DNA of 64,000 bases. Origin: Acidobacteriota bacterium. Lineage in GTDB: Bacteria > Acidobacteriota > Thermoanaerobaculia > UBA5066. Under the pieces are notes generated by a model. The model was not told the origin of the DNA and did no database searches. It saw only the letters and a program-made list of their open reading frames with translations. The translations under genes and the position numbers were made by a program. Below are positions 47,469-55,182 of this stretch, in pieces (the stretch's first letter is position 1; the number at the start of each line of letters is the position of its first letter). The stretch is from NCBI GenBank assembly GCA_036759345.1, contig DAIOUV010000001.1:29097-93096 (forward strand), in the 5' to 3' direction.

Positions 47469-49147
47469 GTGCCCGCGGTCGGCCCGGCGACCGCGGGGGC
47501 CGCCGAGGCCGCGCCGCCCTCGGCGGCGAGGGGGAGCCGGAGCGTCATCGTCGTACCCTGCCCGGCGCTGCTCGTAACCCGCATCGAGCCGCCGTGCTTT
47601 TCCACGATGCCGTAGACGACGGAGAGCCCGAGCCCGGTGCCTTTCTCCTTCGTCGTGAAGAACGGGTCGAAGATGCGCGAGAGAAGATCGGGCGCAATTC
47701 CGGCGCCCGTGTCGGTGACACCGATGTCGACCTCGCGACTGCCGGAGAAGAAGTGGGAGGTGAGCGTCAGGGTGCCGCCGGCGGGCATCGCGTCGCACGC
47801 GTTCAAGAGGATGTTCATGAACGCCTGCCGGAGCTGCCCGAAATCGGCGTTCACCTGACCCGTGCCCTCGAATCTCCTGACGACCGTGATGCCCTGGATC
47901 TGCATCTTGTGCGCCGCGAGCGAGAGCGCCTCCTCGAGCGCGCGCACCGGGTCGAAGACTTTCAGCTCCAGCGGCCTGACCCGCGCGAAGTCGAGGAGGT
48001 TCCTCACGATGACGGTGCAGCGCTCGGACTCCCTCTGGATGAGCGACAGGTTCTTGAGGCACGCCGCGCGCGTCGCGTCGTCCGGCGGGCCGGTCTCCAG
48101 CATCCGGATCATGAGCCGCGCGAACGTGAGGATCCCCGCGAGGGGATTGTTGATCTCGTGCGCGATGGAGGCCGAGAGCTGGCCGAGCGAGGCCAGCTTC
48201 TCGCTGCGGGCGAGGACCTCGTGAGCGCTTCGGAGCGCCGCCGTGCGGTCCTCCACCTGACGTTCGAGATCGTTCGTGAGGTGCTCGAGGTCGCGGCGCG
48301 TCCGGGCGAGCGACGCGTTCATCTCGTTGAACGAGTTCGCCAGGATTCCGAGCTCGTCCGACGAGCGGACGGCGAGCGTCGCCGACAGGTCGCCGTGGCC
48401 GACGCGCTGCGTGGCCTCCACGAGCTCCGCCACGGGGCGAAAGACGATGCGGCGCGCCGCGGCACTGACGAGAGCGGCGAGAACGATCACCGCGCCGAGC
48501 GCGCCGCCCGCCATGCGCAGGGACTGCCTGTGCAGGCTCGCGTCGATCTCCTTCAGCGAAATGCCGATGTCGACGACGCCGAGGACGTGCTTTTCGGGCG
48601 GGTGAGCGTGGCAGGCGGCCGTCGAGCAGGCAGGCTCGTTGTAGATGGGCGTCACCATGCCCAGCACGCGGTGGCCGTTCGTGCGGAACAGGCGGCTGCG
48701 CGCGGACGTCGTGGGCGCCACGATCGGCTGGCCCGCCGCGTGGCACGCCGTGCAGGCCTCGGCATCCTTGTCGACCGACGCGCCGATGTCGCGCGCGTTC
48801 GTCGAGAACATGATGCGGCCTTCCTTGTTCAGGACGCGGACCTTCTCGATGCCCTCGAGGCGGCCGATGCTCTCCATGATCCGGTACGCGTCGTGCCGCT
48901 GGTCCTCGAGCATGAGATCCCGCGTGCTGCTCGCGATCGTGCTCGAGAAAAGCGCGGCCCCGCGGATGACCTCTCCGATGGAATGCTCCCTCTGGGAGCG
49001 GATCGAGAGAAACGCGAACAGCGCAATCGTCGCGAGCGAGACCGCCGCCGCGGCGCCCGTCAGCTTGAAACCCAGATGCCGGTGGAACGGGATGCCGAAC
49101 ACGGCTTCCTCCAGCCTGAGCATCCGGCAACCCGGGGGACAGTCCAT
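47465..49147 (-). CDS. Sensor histidine kinase with periplasmic heme-c-motif sensor, HAMP, HisKA and HATPase domains (start 49147 or 49123)
   Basis: Two TMs flanking CTACH (48740-48754) and CSTAACH (48608-48628); AHEINNPL H-box; DTGAGI, FDPFFTTK and GTGLGL boxes. Confidence 0.93.
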   Translation of the reverse strand: MDCPPGCRMLRLEEAVFGIPFHRHLGFKLTGAAAAVSLATIALFAFLSIRSQREHSIGEVIRGAALFSSTIASSTRDLMLEDQRHDAYRIMESIGRLEGIEKVRVLNKEGRIMFSTNARDIGASVDKDAEACTACHAAGQPIVAPTTSARSRLFRTNGHRVLGMVTPIYNEPACSTAACHAHPPEKHVLGVVDIGISLKEIDASLHRQSLRMAGGALGAVIVLAALVSAAARRIVFRPVAELVEATQRVGHGDLSATLAVRSSDELGILANSFNEMNASLARTRRDLEHLTNDLERQVEDRTAALRSAHEVLARSEKLASLGQLSASIAHEINNPLAGILTFARLMIRMLETGPPDDATRAACLKNLSLIQRESERCTVIVRNLLDFARVRPLELKVFDPVRALEEALSLAAHKMQIQGITVVRRFEGTGQVNADFGQLRQAFMNILLNACDAMPAGGTLTLTSHFFSGSREVDIGVTDTGAGIAPDLLSRIFDPFFTTKEKGTGLGLSVVYGIVEKHGGSMRVTSSAGQGTTMTLRLPLAAEGGAASAAPAVAGPTAGT

Positions 49148-49208
49148 CCCCCATTTGAACTAGTGCGTCGCGGGAGGTCCGGAGTCCGATCCGGCCCGGT
49201 TTCGGGCC

Positions 49209-49571
49209 CTAGCCGTCGCTCCTGGAGATCAGGATCCACGAGAGAAGCGTCGACACGACCGAAATGATGAGCGCGCCGAGGAATGCCGGCACGAATCCGT
49301 CGACCGTGAATTCGATGCCGAGCCCGCGCCCCAGCCAGGCCGCCAGCATGAGCATCAGGGCGTTCACGACGAGCGTGAACAAACCCAGCGTGAGCAGTAT
49401 GATCGGGCAGCTCACGAGCTTCAGGAAAGGACGCACGAAGGCGTTCACCAAGCCGAAGACGAGCGCGAGCGCCAGGATGGAGCCGATCCCGCCCGCATGA
49501 ATGCCGGGCACGAACGAAGCCGCGACCCAGAGCGCGGCGGCGTTGATGAGAATACGCAGGATGATCTTCAT
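49209..49571 (-). CDS. Four-TM YvlD / 'phage holin family' membrane protein
   Basis: FGLVNAFVRPFLKLVSCPIILLTLGLFTLVVNA...GFVPAFLGALIIS. Confidence 0.85.
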   Translation of the reverse strand: MKIILRILINAAALWVAASFVPGIHAGGIGSILALALVFGLVNAFVRPFLKLVSCPIILLTLGLFTLVVNALMLMLAAWLGRGLGIEFTVDGFVPAFLGALIISVVSTLLSWILISRSDG

Positions 49572-49645
49572 GTCGCGAACCTCGGCAAGCATTCTAGTTT
49601 GAGGACGGTGCGGGTGCGACGCGCCGAAGACGGGAAAAAGGACAG

Positions 49646-50077
49646 ATGACCGAACAGAAGTACCGCCAGCGCGGATACAAGGACGCGGAACGGTCCGGGA
49701 GCGGGAGCGGCTTCGGCCCTTCGGGCCCCCCTCGAGGCGAGAGGATCGGTCCGAAGGGCCGCGGCGCCGACCGCAACCGGGCCGAGGTCTTCCGGTGCAA
49801 GACCTGCAGCGAGAAGAACGACCCGGAGGTCGGACCCGAGTCCGTCTGCAAGAAGTGCGGCGCCGCGCTCCACGCGTGCGCGCAGTGCCGGTACTTCGAC
49901 GGCGCCGCGCCCATGCAGTGCCGGCAGGAGATTCCCGCGCTCATCCCCGCGAAATCGAAGGCGAACGCCTGCACGTTCTACGCACCCACCGTGTCGCTCG
50001 ATCTCACCGGCGCGAAAGCCGCCGACTCGCCGGACGGCGCCCGCTCGGCGTTCGACCAGCTCTTCGGAAAGCGCTGA
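49646..50077 (+). CDS. Hypothetical Cys-rich (probable multi-Zn) protein
   Basis: KYRQRGY N-terminus, CKTC, CKKC, CAQC, plus C..ANACTFY; ends FDQLFGK. Confidence 0.7.
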   Translation: MTEQKYRQRGYKDAERSGSGSGFGPSGPPRGERIGPKGRGADRNRAEVFRCKTCSEKNDPEVGPESVCKKCGAALHACAQCRYFDGAAPMQCRQEIPALIPAKSKANACTFYAPTVSLDLTGAKAADSPDGARSAFDQLFGKR

Positions 50078-50082
50078 GGGGC

Positions 50083-51681
50083 GTGCCGGCCGCGCCGCCT
50101 GGACCCGCCTCCGCCCGCGGCGCCGCACCTTTTGGCGCCGTTCTCGGCCTCGGCGCCGCGGCCTATCTCGGCCTGCACGCCCTTGCGGCCGGACGCGTGC
50201 CGCCGGGCGTCGCCGCGGATCCCGTGATCGAGGCGTTGCGCGGACTCCGCCTCGTCCTTCTCCGCCGCTTCGAGGTCCTCACCGTCGCAATCGGCCCCTC
50301 GGCCGAGACGCTCTGGCTCTACGTGACGGGCGCCTCCGTGGCCGCTCTCGGCCCCACGCGGACCGCCTTGCTCGTCCCGAGCATCCTCGCGGCGACCGCC
50401 ACGCTCGTCCTCGTCGCGGCCCTCCTCCGGCGCATCCGGCCGGAGCTACCGATCGGCATCGCGCTCCTCGTTCCCGCCTCGTCCCTCTGGCTCTTCCATT
50501 CCGGCGAGGTCGGGCTCCGCGCGAGCGCGGCCCCTCTCGTTCTCCTCGGCGCGTGTTTCCTGCTCGACGACCGTGCCGAGCGGGGCGTCGCGGACCGGCC
50601 TCTCGCGGCCGGCGCCCTCCTCGGACTGGGCGTCTATGCGTACTCGGCCTGCCGCCTCCTCCCGATCGTCTGGGTGCTGCATTTCGCACTACGCTGGCGC
50701 CGCACGCCTGCCGCGCGGCCCGCGCTGCGCCGCGAGGCCAAGCGCCTGCTCCTCGGCTTCACGCTCGTCTCGATCCCGAATCTCCTCTTCCTCCTCCGCG
50801 CGCCCGGCCTGCTTCTCGACCGCGGCTACTACGTGTCGCGCGGCACGCTTCTCGACAAGCTCGGGAACGTCCTCGCGACGTTCCTCCTTCCGTTCATCTA
50901 CCCCGACCGCTATCGCGTCTGGATCGGTCCGGGTCACGTCTTCGACGCGACGGGCGTCGCGCTGACGGCGAGCGGTCTCGATCCGTTCGACCTCGTCGCC
51001 GGGCCGCTCGCCGTCCTCGGCCTCCTCGCGTGGCGGCGCGGAAAGGAACCCGCATCCCTGTCCTTTCTCTTCGTGACGTGGGCCGCCGGCGGCGTGCTCC
51101 TCGGCCTCTACGGCCCCAGCCTCACGCGACTTCTCATCCTGCTGCCCGCGTGGCTCGTCTTCGCCGCTCTCGGGTGCGACGCCCTTCTCGCGCGCGCGCC
51201 GCGGCTCAAGGTGCCGCTCGCCGCCCTCCTCGTTCTCTCGCTCTGTCTTCAGGCCCGCGCGTGGGTCTATACGTTCGGGCGGTCCGAGAGCGCGGTCTCG
51301 TACTTCCACGAAGCGGCCACTGCGATGGCCGAGCGAGCGCGGGATCTGACGAGAGACGGCAAGCGCGTGATCGTCGTGTCGCGCAACGGGCGAGACGTTT
51401 TCAAGTACTTCTGCTGGCAGCGCATCGAGCAGGTCTTCCACGCCGCGATGCCGAAGGGGACGCCGCGTGGCGACGACGTTCCGGTCGCCGGATTCGCGGC
51501 TGACGTCGTCCTCGTGGAGCACACGCCCGCGCTCGACGGGTGGGGCGCCGCGCTGGGGCTGCCCTCGCGCTCCTCACGGCCGTCACTCTTCGCGGAATAT
51601 GCGATCCGCCGCGCGAAGGGTGCGCCGCCTCCGTCCGTCCGAAGCAACCTCTGGCGCCTCTGGTCCCCGATGTCGCTCTAG
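50083..51681 (+). CDS. ArnT/PMT-like GT-C membrane glycosyltransferase
   Basis: Polytopic N-terminal half, LLGLGVYAYSACR motif, periplasmic C-terminal domain. The GTG start is approximate. Confidence 0.6.
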   Translation: MPAAPPGPASARGAAPFGAVLGLGAAAYLGLHALAAGRVPPGVAADPVIEALRGLRLVLLRRFEVLTVAIGPSAETLWLYVTGASVAALGPTRTALLVPSILAATATLVLVAALLRRIRPELPIGIALLVPASSLWLFHSGEVGLRASAAPLVLLGACFLLDDRAERGVADRPLAAGALLGLGVYAYSACRLLPIVWVLHFALRWRRTPAARPALRREAKRLLLGFTLVSIPNLLFLLRAPGLLLDRGYYVSRGTLLDKLGNVLATFLLPFIYPDRYRVWIGPGHVFDATGVALTASGLDPFDLVAGPLAVLGLLAWRRGKEPASLSFLFVTWAAGGVLLGLYGPSLTRLLILLPAWLVFAALGCDALLARAPRLKVPLAALLVLSLCLQARAWVYTFGRSESAVSYFHEAATAMAERARDLTRDGKRVIVVSRNGRDVFKYFCWQRIEQVFHAAMPKGTPRGDDVPVAGFAADVVLVEHTPALDGWGAALGLPSRSSRPSLFAEYAIRRAKGAPPPSVRSNLWRLWSPMSL

Positions 51682-51690
51682 TATTCCCCG

Positions 51691-53340
51691 ATGACGCTGC
51701 GGCGCGCTGGCCCGTATGGCCTTCTCCTCGTGGCGAGCCTGCTCGCCTGCTCCCGGATCCTCGTCCTCCCCGGTTGGCCCGAAAACCACGACGGCGTGGC
51801 CTGCTTTCAGAAGGTCGAGATCTTCCGGCGCGCTTTCGCGGACGGAAATCTCCTGCCTCTCTGGACGCCCCTCGCCGAGAACGGCTACGGTTCGCCTTTC
51901 CCCTTCTTCTACCACCGCCTCTTCAACACGCTCGCAGGGGCCGTCGCGCTCGCCACGGGCTCCGCCTACACGGCCGTGAAGGTCGTGATCCCGCTGCTCC
52001 TCTTCACGGGCGCGCTCGGGATGCGCCAGGCGCTATTCGCCATGGGGCTCGGAGAGTTCCACGCGGTGAGCGGGGCCCTGCTCCTCGTGTTTTCCAACTA
52101 TGCCTACACGGACTGGTACGTGAGAGGAGCGTTCGGGGAGTTCGCGGCCTTCATGCTCGTGCCGTGGCTCACCTTCACCGCGCTCGGCGTCGTGGAGGGA
52201 AAGCCCCGCGCGGGATGGGGTCTCGGCGCCGTCCTGTCGCTGATCTTCTTCGCGCAGTCGACCATCTTCGTCTTCGCTTTCGCACTCGTCCTCGTCGCCT
52301 TCGCGGGTGCGCTCGTTCTCTCGAAGGACCGGCGGCGGGCGCTCCTCAACCTCGGCCAGGCAGCCCTCGTGGTCTTCCCCGTGACGGGTCCGTTCATCTT
52401 CGGAATCTGGCTTTTCGGCAAGGACCTCGACCTGAACCGTCTTCGGACGGGAATGTTCAGCGTCTTCCGGAACTTCGTGCCGCTCGAAGAGTATTTCTAC
52501 GACCGGGTTGGCGGCTGGACGTCGAGCACGGCCGGGTACTCCGTGGAGATCGGGCGCGGCTTCAACACGCTTGCCGTCCTCTCCGTCGCCGCTACCGCGG
52601 CGTTCCTCATCCTCGGCCGCCTTCCAACGGCCCGGGCCCGCGAGAAGCTTCCGGCCTGGGTTCTCGTCGTCGGGTCGGCCGTCTGCTACCTCCTGCTTCA
52701 GACCCCTCTCACGGCGCCGCTCTACCGCCTCGCACCTCCAATCCAGTTCATCCAGTTTCCCTGGCGCCTCCTCTCTTTCTCGACCATCGCCTCGATATCC
52801 CTGCTGTGCCTCTCGCTCGATCTCCTGGCGGCGAGCAGTCCGCGCCCGAGCGTTCGCCGCTCTCTCCGCGGCGCGCTGCTTCTCGCCGTTCTCTTCCAGG
52901 TCTTCTACGGCGTGGGGAGATCGCCGACCGACCGGATCTTCTCCGTGAAGGAAATCGAGGCGGGCCTGACGACGGAAGGGCTCGCGAGAACGTCCGTCTT
53001 CAGCGGCGCGTTTCGCCCGCGCGGGATTTCACTCCCGCCGCCGCGGCCCTTTCTCGAGGCGACCGGTTGCGTCGTGGAAAACGCGCCTTCCCCCGCCACG
53101 CTCTCGGGAGGCGTGAACGTTCCGGAGTTCCGCCTCACCGTGGACACCGCTCCCGGCGGCGCCCTCGTGATCAACCAGTTCGCGAATCCCTTCCTCGCCG
53201 TGAGTGCGGGAGAAGGAGGTCGTGTCGGGACGACGGCCTCGGGCACGATCCTCGTCCGGCCGGCGCCCGGCCGCAGCGAGATCGTGCTCCGGCGCCGCGG
53301 CCTCCTCGCGGCCCTCAGGGAGCGGCTCCTGGGAACCTGA
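51691..53340 (+). CDS. GT-C-like membrane protein (PTPS-related/YfhO-like)
   Basis: HDG..., PLWTP..NGYGSPFPFFY, YAYTDWYVRGAFGEF and IQFPWRLL motifs. Confidence 0.65.
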   Translation: MTLRRAGPYGLLLVASLLACSRILVLPGWPENHDGVACFQKVEIFRRAFADGNLLPLWTPLAENGYGSPFPFFYHRLFNTLAGAVALATGSAYTAVKVVIPLLLFTGALGMRQALFAMGLGEFHAVSGALLLVFSNYAYTDWYVRGAFGEFAAFMLVPWLTFTALGVVEGKPRAGWGLGAVLSLIFFAQSTIFVFAFALVLVAFAGALVLSKDRRRALLNLGQAALVVFPVTGPFIFGIWLFGKDLDLNRLRTGMFSVFRNFVPLEEYFYDRVGGWTSSTAGYSVEIGRGFNTLAVLSVAATAAFLILGRLPTARAREKLPAWVLVVGSAVCYLLLQTPLTAPLYRLAPPIQFIQFPWRLLSFSTIASISLLCLSLDLLAASSPRPSVRRSLRGALLLAVLFQVFYGVGRSPTDRIFSVKEIEAGLTTEGLARTSVFSGAFRPRGISLPPPRPFLEATGCVVENAPSPATLSGGVNVPEFRLTVDTAPGGALVINQFANPFLAVSAGEGGRVGTTASGTILVRPAPGRSEIVLRRRGLLAALRERLLGT

Positions 53341-55163
53341 ACAGCGCTCTCAGCGCGGGCGTGCGCGACGCGCGCGAGGAAGATGCCGGAGGCGTTCCCG
53401 GCGGGCGCAATCCCGCGACCGCACTTGAACCCGCCGGCCGCCAGCTCCGCGAGGCCGCGACGCGACGCAAGGAACCAGAAGGGGCCCGCGGGCGGCGCGG
53501 CACCGAGCTCGGCCGGCGTCTTTCGCGCGTAGGCGTTCAGCGGAATGCGGCGGTCCGCCCCGTGAGCCACCGCTTCGACGACGACGGGGAAAGGGACCGC
53601 GCCTCTCTCGAGGACGACGGGTGCGTCCGCGAGACGCGCAAGAGCCCGTCCGGCCTCCGTTTCGGCCGCGCAGAGCCGGGCCGCGACACCCGGTCGCCCG
53701 GGGAAGTCCACGAGCGCCGGCAATGTCTCGGAGGCGAGGAGCGACGCCGCGACGCCCGCGAGGAGCACGCCCCGCGAGGCCGCGCCCTTCCGCACGGCAC
53801 ATCCGATCCCGGCCTCGAGCACGGCCGCAGCCAGGACGATCGCGGGTGCGAGGAGCGCCGAAACGCGCATGGTGTTCGGAGCGCCACCGGGATTCGAGAG
53901 GATGCCCGCGAGAAGGCTTCCCGCCGCAAGGAGAAGGAGAAGCACGTCCGCCGGCCGGCGTCTCGAGGCGGCGAGGCCGATTCCGAGGAGCGCGAGGGCC
54001 CCCACGGCCGGCGTCATCACGGCGCGTCGCCCCGCGTGCCTTTCTTCCGGGTCGATTGTCCACAGGAGAACGCCCGTGTACTTCACCGCGTTCCACCCGA
54101 GTGCGACGGGGATGCGGAAGGCGCCTTTGGCGTGCGGCGCGTCCAGCTCCGTCGTCTCCCTCCCGATGTGGACGTCGCGCAGGTGGCCTCCCAGGCGGCC
54201 CTCGCCCGAGATGAAGGCCCATGCGAGGGGCGCGAAGACCAGCAGGGCCGCCACGACCGCCGCCAGGACGAGCCGTCGTGTTCGCGTGTCACGCGCCTCG
54301 AGAAACGCGAACGCCGCGAAGGCCGGCGCGACCGCGAAGGCCGCCGCGTACGTGTGGAGCGCGAGACCGACACAAGCGCCCGCGAGCGCGGCGAGCGCGT
54401 AGCTCCCCGAGCGCCGGGCGCGCAGCGTCGCTGCGGCTGCCAGGAGGACGAGGGCGAGGAGGAGCGAAATGATCGACGTCCAGCGCGCTAGAAGAAGCGG
54501 CCAGCCGACGAGCGCACCGAGAAGAACCGCGACGCCCGCCGTCCGCGGCCCGAACGCCTCTCGCGCGAGCCACCAGAACGCCGGAAGCGCGAGGCAGCCC
54601 GGCAGCGCCGAAACGGCGAAGAAGCCGGTCTCACCACTTCCGAACAGCGCGAAAACGATGCGCACGAACGCGACGTAGAGGTTGGAGAGAACTTCGTAAC
54701 TCGCTGGGTTCTCCCCGAAGTGCGACGCGCCCCAAAAGGGCACAGCCGCGCCACCGAAGAGCGGACGCGTCACGTAGACGACGTCGACCCAGAGACCCGG
54801 TGGGTTCCACGCACGGAAGGCCCACCGCAGGGCGACTCCGAGGGCGAGCACGGACAGAACCCACGAGGCCTCGACAAGAAGTCGCGGGGGCGTCGGCGGT
54901 TCCGACTCCTCCCGCGCCGCCGCGTTCGTCACGAGCGCTAGGACGCGCACCGCGAGAAACCCCGCGGCCGCCGCGAGCGCGAAGTCCTTGATCCAGAGCA
55001 GGAGGACGTACAGCCACATCTCCCCCGTCCACCAGAAGAGGACCTCGAAACGGTCCCCCCGCGCGAGCCAGAAGAAAGTCTGCAAGGCGACGAAACCGCC
55101 GAAGAGCGCCCGGACCATGCGTGCGGTCAGTGTCGCATGCATGGAGGGTAGGGGAACCCACAT
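52905..55163 (-). CDS. ArnT-like GT-C membrane glycosyltransferase; protein-like sequence fades near 53350, but the ORF runs on to 52905
   Basis: PPGLWVD, LALHTYAAA, NPGGAPNTMR and multiple TMs. The last ~145 codons overlap the opposite-strand gene. Confidence 0.55.
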   Translation of the reverse strand: MWVPLPSMHATLTARMVRALFGGFVALQTFFWLARGDRFEVLFWWTGEMWLYVLLLWIKDFALAAAAGFLAVRVLALVTNAAAREESEPPTPPRLLVEASWVLSVLALGVALRWAFRAWNPPGLWVDVVYVTRPLFGGAAVPFWGASHFGENPASYEVLSNLYVAFVRIVFALFGSGETGFFAVSALPGCLALPAFWWLAREAFGPRTAGVAVLLGALVGWPLLLARWTSIISLLLALVLLAAAATLRARRSGSYALAALAGACVGLALHTYAAAFAVAPAFAAFAFLEARDTRTRRLVLAAVVAALLVFAPLAWAFISGEGRLGGHLRDVHIGRETTELDAPHAKGAFRIPVALGWNAVKYTGVLLWTIDPEERHAGRRAVMTPAVGALALLGIGLAASRRRPADVLLLLLAAGSLLAGILSNPGGAPNTMRVSALLAPAIVLAAAVLEAGIGCAVRKGAASRGVLLAGVAASLLASETLPALVDFPGRPGVAARLCAAETEAGRALARLADAPVVLERGAVPFPVVVEAVAHGADRRIPLNAYARKTPAELGAAPPAGPFWFLASRRGLAELAAGGFKCGRGIAPAGNASGIFLARVAHARAESAVQVPRSRSLRAARRPRRRSTISLRPGAGRTRIVPEAVVPTRPPSPALTARKGFANWLITRAPPGAVSTVRRNSGTFTPPESVAGEGAFSTTQPVASRKGRGGGSEIPRGRNAPLKTDVLASPSVVRPASISFTEKIRSVGDLPTP

Positions 55164-55182
55164 GACGGGTTCCCCGAACGGA

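Noticed and set aside
49209-49571. Prophage suggested by a 'phage holin family' protein
   Set aside because: This YvlD-type family is common in chromosomes. No endolysin, integrase or structural genes are nearby.
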